A DNA stretch of 64,000 bases from Chloroflexota bacterium (GTDB taxonomy: Bacteria > Chloroflexota > Anaerolineae > B4-G1). Each line of letters opens with the position of its first letter. Position 1 is the stretch's first letter. Positions 36,326 through 45,506 of this stretch are shown piece after piece. The stretch lies in NCBI GenBank assembly GCA_034189605.1, contig JAXHUO010000001.1, positions 133,976 to 197,975 on the forward strand, given 5' to 3'. A program made the translations under genes and the position numbers. Below the pieces are notes generated by a model. The model was not told the origin of the DNA and searched no databases. It saw nothing but the letters and a program-made list of their open reading frames with translations.

Positions 36326-37738
36326 CTACCCGCTATTGATAACTACCTCACTATGAATCTTCCGCACCGCGTCTGCGGCGGTGTCGGCTGCGACGACGAG
36401 GGAAATGCTACATTCGGATGAGCCCTGGGCGATGGCGATGACATTGATATCCCCCTGGCCCAGCGCGCCAAAGATGCGGGCAGCGACACCCGGCGTGCCG
36501 CGCATTCCTGCACCCACGGCGGTCACAATCACTACCTCGTCCAGTGACCAGACACGGTCCACGTCTCGCCGTGTCAGTTCCAGCGTCATCTCCTCCTCAA
36601 TGGCGCGGATGACCGGCGGCGCTACCTGCGTGGGGATGACGAAACAGATGGATTGCTCTGACGAAGCCTGTGAGATCATCAGCACGCTGGCCCCCTGGCT
36701 GGCGACGGCGGAGAAGGTGCGGGCGGCGATGCCGGGCACGCCCATCATGCCCCGCCCCTCGACCGTCACCATACTCAATCCACTGATGGCGGTGACTGCC
36801 TTGACCGTGCCGGATGCGCTCTCTGGCTCGCGGACGATGCGGGTTCCAGGACAGGTCGGATTGAAAGTGTTCTTGACCCACAGCGGGATGGAGCGTTCGA
36901 CGACGGGCCGGATGGTCCGGGGGTGCAGCACTTTGGCCCCAAAGTAGGCCAGTTCGCCTACCTCGCCGTAGGAGAGGACAGGGATCACCCGGGCATCGGG
37001 CACGATGCGGGGGTCGGCGCTCATCACGCCATCCACGTCGGTCCAGGTCCAGACCTCGTCGGCGTCCAGGCAGTCGCCCAGGATGGCGGCGCTGTAATCG
37101 CTGCCGCCTCGACCCAGCGTCGTCGTCACGCTCTCATCTGTCGCCCCTATGAAGCCGGTCACGACGGGGATGATCCCCTCGTCCAGCAGCGGAGCCAGAT
37201 GGGCGGCGACCCGGGCGCGGGTACCATCCATCAGCGGCACACTGTTCTGGAAGGTATCGTCGGTGACGATCAGTTCGGTGGCGTCCACTGGGTCGCTGCG
37301 GGCTCTCTGTTGGCGCAGGAGGGCGGCCAGGATGCGGGCACTGATGCGCTCACCCAGCGAGGTGATGGCGTCCATCGCGCGCGGGGTGACCTCGCCCAGG
37401 ATGTGGATGCTGCGGCAAAAGGCGGCAAACTCATCCAGGTACTCATCTACCGTGGCAAGCAATTGGGCACGCTCGCCGTCCGGGGACAGCAGCGCATCCA
37501 CAGCGCGGTAGTGGCGTACGCGCAGGTCGGCGACGGTGGCGTGGTAGGTCTGTTCGTCACCAGATGCGGCGGTAAGTGCGCCCTTGGTCAGTGCATTGGT
37601 AACACCGCTCATTGCCGAGACGACGATGACCAACCTGTCCCAGTTTTGGGCCTGTTCCAGCACAAGGTCGGCGGCCTGGGTGAATGCTTCGGCACTGCCG
37701 ACTGAGGTGCCGCCGAATTTCATTATCAGTGTGCTCAT
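36326..37738 (-). CDS. Aspartate kinase with two ACT domains
   Basis: MKFGGTSVG, VSAMSG, TLGRGGSDYSA, GAKVLHP, SQASSE and AQGSSE motifs. Confidence 0.95.
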   Translation of the reverse strand: MSTLIMKFGGTSVGSAEAFTQAADLVLEQAQNWDRLVIVVSAMSGVTNALTKGALTAASGDEQTYHATVADLRVRHYRAVDALLSPDGERAQLLATVDEYLDEFAAFCRSIHILGEVTPRAMDAITSLGERISARILAALLRQQRARSDPVDATELIVTDDTFQNSVPLMDGTRARVAAHLAPLLDEGIIPVVTGFIGATDESVTTTLGRGGSDYSAAILGDCLDADEVWTWTDVDGVMSADPRIVPDARVIPVLSYGEVGELAYFGAKVLHPRTIRPVVERSIPLWVKNTFNPTCPGTRIVREPESASGTVKAVTAISGLSMVTVEGRGMMGVPGIAARTFSAVASQGASVLMISQASSEQSICFVIPTQVAPPVIRAIEEEMTLELTRRDVDRVWSLDEVVIVTAVGAGMRGTPGVAARIFGALGQGDINVIAIAQGSSECSISLVVAADTAADAVRKIHSEVVINSG

Positions 37739-37781
37739 TGTGCTCTCCTTATTCGAGTGATCGGGCGTGAAACGTGATGAC

Positions 37782-38831
37782 CTACCCGGTAGACGCGAGG
37801 TTGATGACGTCCCCTAACAGGCCAGCGGCCGTGACCTCCGGGCCAGCGCCAGGGCCAGAGAGGATCAATGGTATCTCGGCGTAGCGTATCGTGTGCAGGG
37901 CGACGTGGTTCGCAGGGCCGGGTGGGGGCGTAGCCACCAATCCTACCTCGCCACCGGCGGGGCCGACGCGGGCTATGTAGCGCAAAGTCTGTCCCCTGGC
38001 CTGTGCCTCACTGGTGCGGGTGGTGTATTCATCGTCCAGCGTGGGCGTGGCTGCTATAAACTCTTTGGTTGAAACACCGGCCAGCGACTCAGGATACAGT
38101 GGTTCGACTGACAGGTTGGCCATTTCCAGCGGCCAGCCGGCGGTGCGGGCCAGGATGAGTGTTTTGCGGGCCACGTCCCGCCCGCTCAGGTCCTCCCGCG
38201 GGTCGGGCTCGGTGTAGCCCAGCGTGCGGGCTTGAGAGAGGGCGGCAGAGTACGGCACGCCGCGTTCCAGTTCGGCGCACAAGTAGCCCAACGTTCCGCT
38301 CAGGCAGCCCTCGATGGCGGTAGCCTGATCGCCGGTATCAAGCAGGTAGCGCAGAGTGGCGATGATGGGCAACCCGGCTCCCACAGTGGCCTCGTAACGC
38401 AGGCGGGGATGTTCGAAGAACGATTTCGTTTTGGCCCAGGGGCTGCTCAGCGGGATTTTGTTGGCCAGGACGAGACCGCAGCCAGCGCCCAGCGCAGCCC
38501 GCAGCGTGGGGTCTGTCTTGGGGGATGCGGTCACATCCACCACGATGGTGCCTGCTCGCAGCGCATCATCCACCTCGTTCAGGGGGCGGATCCCCGGCAG
38601 AGTGTTCAGTGGTCGGCCTTCTGTCTTGGCTTCCAGCGCGGCATGTAGGGTCTCGTTGGGTAGGCCAGCGGGGTCGAGCAGCAGTCCCTGGCTATCGGCC
38701 AGGCCGATGGGGGTCAGCCGCAGCCTGGCCCGGCGGGCGAGCACGGCACGGGTGTCGAGGATCTGGCGTAGCAGTGCCCGTCCGACGTTGCCCAGGCCGA
38801 GAATGATAATGGTAGTCTGTCTCACATCCAC
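37782..38831 (-). CDS. hom: Homoserine dehydrogenase
   Basis: GLGNVG, ANK, YEATVGAGLP, SGT, EPDPREDLSG and GPGAG motifs. Confidence 0.92.
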   Translation of the reverse strand: MDVRQTTIIILGLGNVGRALLRQILDTRAVLARRARLRLTPIGLADSQGLLLDPAGLPNETLHAALEAKTEGRPLNTLPGIRPLNEVDDALRAGTIVVDVTASPKTDPTLRAALGAGCGLVLANKIPLSSPWAKTKSFFEHPRLRYEATVGAGLPIIATLRYLLDTGDQATAIEGCLSGTLGYLCAELERGVPYSAALSQARTLGYTEPDPREDLSGRDVARKTLILARTAGWPLEMANLSVEPLYPESLAGVSTKEFIAATPTLDDEYTTRTSEAQARGQTLRYIARVGPAGGEVGLVATPPPGPANHVALHTIRYAEIPLILSGPGAGPEVTAAGLLGDVINLASTG

Positions 38832-39313
38832 GCCACGATCTCCGTGAAAATGGTGCCGCTCTGTAAGTCGGCCGGAGGGAGTACTTGGTATTCGCCCCGA
38901 AGCACGCGCTCGGCGATGCGACGCGATTGGGCCTCGACTGGCTCCTCCAGCGCGGTCAGTTCCTCTAGTGAAAAGAAAGCGGCCGCGTCGTTCTCAATCC
39001 CGTCGGCGACCGGCTCTGCGTCACCGGTTGGTCGGCAGAGGAATACAACAAAGACGTGGGGCGGGACGTGGGGAGGCGGTGGGGCCACGACGCTGGTCAA
39101 CCCAATCAAGCCTACGACCTCCACCTCGATGGACGCTTCCTCCTGGAGTTCCCGGCAGATTGTCTTGTCCACCGTCTCGCCCGGTTCGGAGCGCCCGGCG
39201 GGCACAACCCACTGACTGGCGAAAGGCGGGTAGGTCTGGCGGACGAAGAGCACGCGGTCGTTCCGCACGACGACAGCGCCAACGGCAACGAAGGGGAGAT
39301 TGAGTTGCTTCAC
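38822..39313 (-). CDS. NUDIX hydrolase
   Basis: NUDIX box GRSEPGETVDKTICRELQEEASI; RBS AAGGAGG. Confidence 0.88.
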   Translation of the reverse strand: MKQLNLPFVAVGAVVVRNDRVLFVRQTYPPFASQWVVPAGRSEPGETVDKTICRELQEEASIEVEVVGLIGLTSVVAPPPPHVPPHVFVVFLCRPTGDAEPVADGIENDAAAFFSLEELTALEEPVEAQSRRIAERVLRGEYQVLPPADLQSGTIFTEIVAWM

Positions 39314-39373
39314 TATGCCTCCTTATGCCATGCCATCTTGGTCATAGCCGCAATATATACCGGAACGTATATG

Positions 39374-39625
39374 CAAAAAACCCCTGCGCCTGGGGCGCGG
39401 GGGTCTCCCACGTGGTTCCACCCAAGTTCTACAGCGGAATGCTGCAGCACTCTGCGGCGATAACGGGCCGTCCGAAGCCCCATACTCTCGCACGACGGCG
39501 ATTTAAGGGACCCGCTCCCGGGTGGTTTTCCCGCCTGTCCGGTCGAGGGGGCTCGCAGCCGGTGGCCTCCTCTCTCTTGGACCTTCACCAGGTGGTACTC
39601 GTCCCGGTCAATGCTTTGGTACACT
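39374..39625 (-). promoter_or_regulatory. T-box riboswitch with Thr (ACC) specifier and intrinsic terminator
   Basis: Minus strand: AGTA box, GAAA-ACC-A specifier loop (ACC at 39524-39526), T-box AACTTGGGTGGAACCACG (39411-39428), then a GC hairpin and T6; lies upstream of the thr genes. Confidence 0.88.
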
Positions 39626-39639
39626 CGATTGTGAATAAG

Positions 39640-39668
39640 ATTATATCATCCCCGTTGAGATTTGGCAA
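39640..39668 (-). promoter_or_regulatory. Sigma70 promoter TTGCCA-N17-TATAAT (extended TG) for the T-box leader
   Basis: Direct sequence match on the minus strand. Confidence 0.75.
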
Positions 39669-39705
39669 ATCGCTATCACGCTTGTGTTGCTTTGACAATC
39701 CCGCC

Positions 39706-39807
39706 GTATCTCTATCAATAAACAGGGGTGAGAGGGAGGAACGCCAGCATCTTGCTGGTATCTAGCGACCAAGATGGTCGCGTTCCCCCAAGATGTTGAG
39801 AAGATGC
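39706..39807. mobile_element. Second copy of the ~100-bp MITE-like element
   Basis: Near-identical core ggaggaacgccagcatcttgctgg...gcgaccaagatggtcgcgttccccca and matching ends; no clear target-site duplication. Confidence 0.75.
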
Positions 39808-39914
39808 CTCCCATTCTCGGTTGGTGTGAGCCATCTGGGGGGTGTGGCTGTTGAACTTTACAGACGTGGGGACACCGGTGAACATTGACAGCTGAGCGGG
39901 ATCTTCTCGACCAT

Positions 39915-40760
39915 CTATCGTTGACGCAAGCGCGCCATCTCAATCACGCCGTCCTCCCCAACCGGGTAGACGCGGGCGCAGCCGGTACAGCGGAATGTCT
40001 GGGCCTCGCGATTAAGCCGGTCACTGCAGGTGGGGCAGCGCAGAATCTCCGCCAGGGGCCGAATACCACCGCCTTGTGGCTTTCCGCTCTTGACTGCCCA
40101 GGCCAGGTCATAGTCCACCTGCCACGTCTGTACCTTGATATCTTCGAGGGGCAACTCGCGCAGCAGCCGCTCGAACTCGTCGCGGGGAAAGGCCCGCCGG
40201 CGCAGGAACTTGGCGTCGGGTCCGACGCGATTGGTCACCAGCAGCACCCCGCCGGGCCGCAAGGCGCGCACCAATTCTGCCAGCACTGCCCGCGGGTTGG
40301 GCGTGAATTCGAGTGCCTCCAGGCAGGTGACGGCGTCGAAGGTGTCGTCGGCGAAGGGGAGTTTGCGGGCGTCCTGCCAGACGAAGGTCAAGCGATCCGC
40401 GAACTGGGCTGTCTTGTGTATCGCTTCGCGCAGCATCCGGCGCGAGAGGTCAAGCCCGATGATACGTCCATCGAAGGCAGGTTGGCGCAGCAGCGTCCGA
40501 GGCAATCTGCCAGTGCCTGTCGCCACGTCGAGTACCAGAGGGGCGGGGATCAGCTCCAGCGCGCGGGCCAGTGGCAGGCCCAGGAACCATTGCTCGGCGC
40601 CGGCGTCGAATTGTTTGATGCGCTCGTAGACTCGCGCCGACCAGTCGTACAGCAGTGTCACGAGACGTGGTCCCAGGTAGGTGCCCTCGGCGATGACCAG
40701 TTGCCAGTAGAGCAGCAGTCCCAGCAGTGCGAGGCCCAGCGCCAGTGCGAGCCAACCCAT
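39915..40760 (-). CDS. Class I SAM-dependent methyltransferase with N-terminal TM helix and C-terminal Trm112-like Zn ribbon
   Basis: VLDVATGTG, DLS, LPF.D.TFD and LRPGG motifs; LRCPTC...CTGC...YP. Confidence 0.85.
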   Translation of the reverse strand: MGWLALALGLALLGLLLYWQLVIAEGTYLGPRLVTLLYDWSARVYERIKQFDAGAEQWFLGLPLARALELIPAPLVLDVATGTGRLPRTLLRQPAFDGRIIGLDLSRRMLREAIHKTAQFADRLTFVWQDARKLPFADDTFDAVTCLEALEFTPNPRAVLAELVRALRPGGVLLVTNRVGPDAKFLRRRAFPRDEFERLLRELPLEDIKVQTWQVDYDLAWAVKSGKPQGGGIRPLAEILRCPTCSDRLNREAQTFRCTGCARVYPVGEDGVIEMARLRQR

Positions 40761-40763
40761 CGC

Positions 40764-41660
40764 TCACAATGCCCAGGCAGCAACCAGCATAGCCGCCATC
40801 AGCCAGGGCCGGGTGTGACGCACGTACCAGGAAACGGGCTGACCACGACTCAGCCAGGGGAGGAGTAGCAGTTGCGGAGTCAGGAGCAGCAACAGGCCCC
40901 CCGCTGTCAGAGGGCGATGCAACGCTATAAGGAGCGCCACTGCTATGAGTTGGGCGCCGATTCCCAGCGTGCGTTTCCAGGGTGAGTTGCTTTGCCATGC
41001 AGCGGACCAGGCCAGGGCGAAGGCCAGCGCCAGACCGGCCGACCGCAGCGTTGATTCTCCAAAGGCGGCGTGCCCTGCCAGCCAAGGCAGTGCTACAGCG
41101 ACGATGGCGTCCCACCCTGGCGCAATGGAGCCCTGACCGCCCTCCCAGAGCATGCCCAGTTGCATTATGGCAAATGCTGCCGCGCTCAGCAGCAACATCT
41201 CTGGCCCCAGCAGTGTTCCCAGCACCGCCGTCACTGGCAAGGCGACAGCCATCGCTGAGAGCGCCGGGCCGCAAGTGGGCCAGAGGGCCTCACGCCACCA
41301 GGCGCGCAGTTGTCCCAACCAGAGGGATGCCTGATCGCCGGGGGAACCAGGGCAGGTATATGGAAGCGGAGTGACCGGATCGCCGGATCTCCAGTTGTGC
41401 CAGCGGCGCAACGGAGTGGCCCAGTTGGTACTTCCCAGCGCCGCCCACAACGTGCCCCATCCCCCATCTACCAGCAGGATCAGTAAGGCCAGCCGCAGCC
41501 AATTCTCGTCTTGCCATCTGAAGCCGCCTGATGCGACGATGCCGCACAAACTTGCCCAGGCCGGACCCAGCCAGGTGATCAGGTTGGTCAGACGGCCCTG
41601 AAAGCGGATCAGACCGCCGGAGACCGGGTGGGAAGGAGTGAAATGGGGATTTTCTTTCAT
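40764..41660 (-). CDS. Hypothetical multi-pass membrane protein
   Basis: Trp/Leu-rich 298 aa ORF tightly packed between neighbouring genes on the same strand. Confidence 0.7.
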   Translation of the reverse strand: MKENPHFTPSHPVSGGLIRFQGRLTNLITWLGPAWASLCGIVASGGFRWQDENWLRLALLILLVDGGWGTLWAALGSTNWATPLRRWHNWRSGDPVTPLPYTCPGSPGDQASLWLGQLRAWWREALWPTCGPALSAMAVALPVTAVLGTLLGPEMLLLSAAAFAIMQLGMLWEGGQGSIAPGWDAIVAVALPWLAGHAAFGESTLRSAGLALAFALAWSAAWQSNSPWKRTLGIGAQLIAVALLIALHRPLTAGGLLLLLTPQLLLLPWLSRGQPVSWYVRHTRPWLMAAMLVAAWAL

Positions 41661-41672
41661 AGATCGGGCGAA

Positions 41673-42785
41673 TTATACCACAGATTGCTCAATAACGCTC
41701 AGTGCGGATTGAGCGCAGGCGGTCCATGAAAAACGGCGCACATTGGCGAATCCACGTTCTATCAGCCTGTCCCGCAGAGCGGGGTCAGTGACGATCCGCT
41801 GCATTCCTGCTGCGATGGCTCTGGTGTCGCTGGGGTCCACCATAAGCGCGGCGTCTCCGGCCACCTCGGGCAGGCTTGAGGTAATGCTGGTGATGACTGG
41901 GCAGCCGCATGCCTGGGCCTCAAGCACTGGCAGTCCAAACCCTTCGTATAGCGATGGGAAGGTGAAAGCCAGCGCCCCGCTCAGTAGGGCCGCCTTGTTC
42001 TCGTCGGGAATGTAGCCAGGGAAGATCACACGCCCTGCGGCGCTGCTCAGGGCGGGCCCTTCCAGGCCTAGATGGCGTACCTGCGCAAAGAGGTCTTTGT
42101 AGAGCCAGCCGTGCTTGCCGGCCAGGACTAGAACGGTTTCAGTTTTCAGGGTGGCAAAGGCGGCGATGAGGCGCGAGAGATTCTTGCGTGGCTGGAGAGT
42201 GCCCAGGTAGAGAAAGTAGTCGCCGGTGATGCCATAGTGTGCCTTGACTGCCTCAACCCTGGCTTGGTCGCGCACTGGGGCGAGTCTCTCATTGCGCCCA
42301 GGGTAAACGACGGTGATCTTTCCCGGAGGGATGGAGTAGCGGGCCACCAGGTCGGCTTTGGTGGCTTCTGAGTCGGCCAGGAGGTGCGCGGCGGCACGTG
42401 CGTTCCAGCGGGTGGAGAGGTCGAGGTACAGCCGCTGTCGCCAGGGGTGGGCCTCTGGAAAGTAAAGATAGCCCAGGTCGTGGACAGTAACCAGGCTGGC
42501 GTGGGGGTGGACGAGGGGCAGGACGTGGGCCGGGATGAAGAGCGCATCTGGTGGATGGTGTGCTACCTCCCAGGACAGACGCAGGTGGGTCCACAGGCGG
42601 GGGAGGGTGATGACGCGGCGCTCGGCACCGGGGAAGACGCCGGACGGGGCTGTGCCTCGGAGGTAGAGGCGGAAGCGGTGGAGGCTGCCGAGCGCCAGCA
42701 GCGCCTCAATGATGCGCTGAGAGTAGATTTCGGTGCCGGTCGGATGGGCAGTGACGGCACGACTGGCGTCAATCCCGATCAACAT
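41673..42785 (-). CDS. GT4 glycosyltransferase
   Basis: VTVHDL, PRKN and PSLYEGFGLPVLEA motifs. Confidence 0.93.
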   Translation of the reverse strand: MLIGIDASRAVTAHPTGTEIYSQRIIEALLALGSLHRFRLYLRGTAPSGVFPGAERRVITLPRLWTHLRLSWEVAHHPPDALFIPAHVLPLVHPHASLVTVHDLGYLYFPEAHPWRQRLYLDLSTRWNARAAAHLLADSEATKADLVARYSIPPGKITVVYPGRNERLAPVRDQARVEAVKAHYGITGDYFLYLGTLQPRKNLSRLIAAFATLKTETVLVLAGKHGWLYKDLFAQVRHLGLEGPALSSAAGRVIFPGYIPDENKAALLSGALAFTFPSLYEGFGLPVLEAQACGCPVITSITSSLPEVAGDAALMVDPSDTRAIAAGMQRIVTDPALRDRLIERGFANVRRFSWTACAQSALSVIEQSVV

Positions 42786-43307
42786 CTATGGCGAGCGTTT
42801 GCCGAGCAGGGCTCGCAGGAGTGCCATCAATCCCCCCAGAATCAGGAGGACGGGCCACAGCCTGGGCAGGAGTTCACGGGTCTGGGGGCCGAGCAGCCGC
42901 AACGTCATGGCCAGCCCCGCGCCACCGACCACGAGAGCCACCAGCGCCAGGAAGAGCGCGCCCCAATCGCGGAAGCGGGTCGCGACCCACTGGGCCAGGA
43001 AGGCGACGCTGCCGATGAGGACGAACACCGGCCACCACGTCTCCAGGTCGCGATAATCCAGCGGGCCAAGAGTGATAAAGAGGAACCACAGCCCCACGAG
43101 TGTGGCGGCCGTGCCGACAAAGACCATGCCAGGGTCGCGCCGTGCGCCGAAGATATAGCCACCCAGGAAGGCGAGTCCTCCGGCGAGGGGGAAGACGGGC
43201 CAGATGGCGTCCCAACCGGGGATGCTGACGCCCAGTTCGCCCAGTAGAAAATAGACGCCTATCAGGATGAGGAAAAGAGCCGGAATGATTGATCCTTTTC
43301 TTCTCAC
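42786..43307 (-). CDS. Membrane protein with repeated WP motifs (LiaF/DUF5668-like)
   Basis: LILIGVYFLL, IWPVF, WWPVF and LWPVLLI segments. Confidence 0.7.
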   Translation of the reverse strand: MRRKGSIIPALFLILIGVYFLLGELGVSIPGWDAIWPVFPLAGGLAFLGGYIFGARRDPGMVFVGTAATLVGLWFLFITLGPLDYRDLETWWPVFVLIGSVAFLAQWVATRFRDWGALFLALVALVVGGAGLAMTLRLLGPQTRELLPRLWPVLLILGGLMALLRALLGKRSP

Positions 43308-43486
43308 TGTGATCTCCTTTCTAGTGTAACAGGATTGTAGACCGAAACGACCTGCTCGTCAAGCCCGGTTGTTCGCGCCCAAAGTTCCCCATTGGCGATG
43401 AGTGTGCTATAATCAGATAGCCTGATGACCAACAGTCAATACGTGAAATGTGATGCGTAAAACTCAAAGGATAAGGAGCGGAAGGG

Positions 43487-44326
43487 ATGGGGCATAAAGA
43501 GAGCACTTTTAGTGGCTTTGGGGGACTGGAACTCTACTACCAATGCTGGAGGCCGGAGGTGGAACCAAGGGCCGCTCTGGCTGTCGTCCACGGCTTTGGC
43601 GAACACAGTGGCCGCTACGGCAACGTGGTGGATTGGTTTGTGCCCCGAGGGTGCGCCGTCTATGCTTTCGACCTCCGGGGGCACGGTCGCTCGCCTGGCC
43701 CGCGCGGTTATATCAACGAGTGGGCCGAATTTCGCGAGGATGTAAAGTCGTTCCTGGAACTTGTGCACGAGCAGGAGCCGGAGCGGCCTGTCTTTTTGTT
43801 GGGGCACAGCATGGGTGGATTGATCGTACTCGAGTACGTCTTGCACCACCCGGAGGGGTTGATTGGCGTGATTGCCTCTGGACCGGCGCTGGAGGTCGGC
43901 ATTTCTCCATTCCTGATGGCGCTAAGCAAGGTCCTGTCGGGTGTCCTGCCTCGGCTCACGCTCGGTACCAAGTTGGACGCCACGACCATCTCCCGCGATG
44001 CGGCTGTCGTCGAAGCCTACGTCAGCGACCCACTGGTGCACAGCCTGGGCACGCCTCGTCTGAGCACCGAACTCACCCGGGCCACTGAGTGGACACAGGC
44101 GCACGCCGCCGAGATGCGGATCCCATGCCTGATTGTGCACGGCAGCGCCGATCGGCTGGTTCCACCTGAGGGTAGTCGCATCTTTTACGAAAATGTGACG
44201 TTTGCCGATAAGGAGCGGCAGGCCTACGAGGGCTACTACCACGAGGTCTTTAACGACGTTGGCAAGGAGCGGGTGTTGGCAGATGTGGAGGCGTGGATAG
44301 AGCGGCATCTGCCGCGTCTTGAGTGA
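43487..44326 (+). CDS. Alpha/beta hydrolase (lysophospholipase/monoacylglycerol lipase-like)
   Basis: HGFGEHSGRY, DLRGHG, GHSMGG, HG..D and YHE motifs; upstream TGCTATAAT. Confidence 0.92.
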   Translation: MGHKESTFSGFGGLELYYQCWRPEVEPRAALAVVHGFGEHSGRYGNVVDWFVPRGCAVYAFDLRGHGRSPGPRGYINEWAEFREDVKSFLELVHEQEPERPVFLLGHSMGGLIVLEYVLHHPEGLIGVIASGPALEVGISPFLMALSKVLSGVLPRLTLGTKLDATTISRDAAVVEAYVSDPLVHSLGTPRLSTELTRATEWTQAHAAEMRIPCLIVHGSADRLVPPEGSRIFYENVTFADKERQAYEGYYHEVFNDVGKERVLADVEAWIERHLPRLE

Positions 44327-44737
44327 GCCGTTGTTTGACCGGCCCACTCCTTTGTGTTAGCATGTCGTCGCCTGGGGTGACGCCGCTTCTGGGAAGATCG
44401 CCCTGTGCGGGAGGGCGGATGATGGATTGCGGCTGCCAGGGTGTTTGGCGCTATTTTCTGGATAGCGTTTCATACGGAAGAATCGCGGCACAATCGTTTT
44501 GGGCGGCAGGAAGGTGTGGGGTAAATGCAGATCTTCTGCCCCTATGGCAAAAAGAGGGCGGAACTGTCTGGGACAACGAAGCAGGCGAGGACATAGTGTG
44601 CCCTATCGAGTTCGCCAGGTGAGATACCGCCCAGTTATGGTCGGCGGGGCGGTCGCCCACCCCGCCGCCACTCCTGAACCGTGGGTAAGGGCAGACTCGA
44701 CGGCTTGAACTTGAATGCGGAAGCGAGTATTTCTGAA

Positions 44738-44806
44738 GAGCCCGGTGCGGGAAAACCACACGCCGGGATCTGTGTGAGGGCTGTTGGGTAACTGGTAGTC
44801 CTATAT
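44738..44806 (+). mobile_element. Group II intron remnant (domains V-VI)
   Basis: GAGCCCGGTGCGGGAAAACCACACGCCGGGATC with the AGC triad, followed by a DVI-like stem ending CCTAT; no RT ORF. Confidence 0.78.
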
Positions 44807-44854
44807 GGGTCTGGTGGGTGCACAGCGATGAGCAGGTTGTCTAGTGAGATAATC

Positions 44855-45061
44855 ATGAATGAAGCCATTTCTCACGACCGTCAGGAGGAAACACCCGAAG
44901 CCAAGGCCCGTTGGTTCCAGTCGCTATTGCTCTCGGAGCGGATGGATATGCTGTGTTTCTTCACTGACCTGATACTGGCAAACAATCCCGAGGTTGTGGA
45001 GCAGAAGGATGCTCAACCGGTTGCGGGACGTGTTCGCGTCCTTTCAAAAGCACGAGGTTAA
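44855..45061 (+). CDS. Small hypothetical protein, partner of the downstream nucleotidyltransferase
   Basis: 68 aa ORF (ETPEAKARWFQSL...ERM) overlapping the nucleotidyltransferase gene. Confidence 0.6.
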   Translation: MNEAISHDRQEETPEAKARWFQSLLLSERMDMLCFFTDLILANNPEVVEQKDAQPVAGRVRVLSKARG

Positions 45062-45457
45062 GTATGTCATCATTGGTGGTATCGCTGCCGTGTTGCACGG
45101 TGTGCCACGTGCTACATTTGACCTTGATATTCTTACCGAAACCACCCCCGACAACGCACAACGACTACTTGATGCGCTTGTGGAGGCCAACCTGGGCACT
45201 GCCTCGCTCACTTCAGATGAACTGCTTGCCCACGAGATCACGATTTTCAAAGATCGTGTTCGCATTGATGTGCAGACTGTCACGCAAGGTTTGCGCTTTG
45301 AGGACGCCTGGCGGAATCGAGAGATGATGGAATATCAAGGCCAGACATTCTCGTCGTCTCACGGGATGACCTGATTGCCTCAAAACGTGCGGCTGGTCGT
45401 AAGATTGATTTAGAAGATGTGCAATTATTAGAATCAGGGGATTCAAATAAACCATAA
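45009..45457 (+). pseudogene. Nucleotidyltransferase (DUF6036-like), frameshifted near 45350
   Basis: IIGGIAA..HG..RATFDLD motif; the conserved C-terminus VSRDDLIASKRAAGRKIDLEDV is in another frame. Confidence 0.75.
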
Positions 45458-45506
45458 CGCAACATGGACCTGGCACTGAATCGCATTCAGTAATCCCGAA
45501 GTAACG

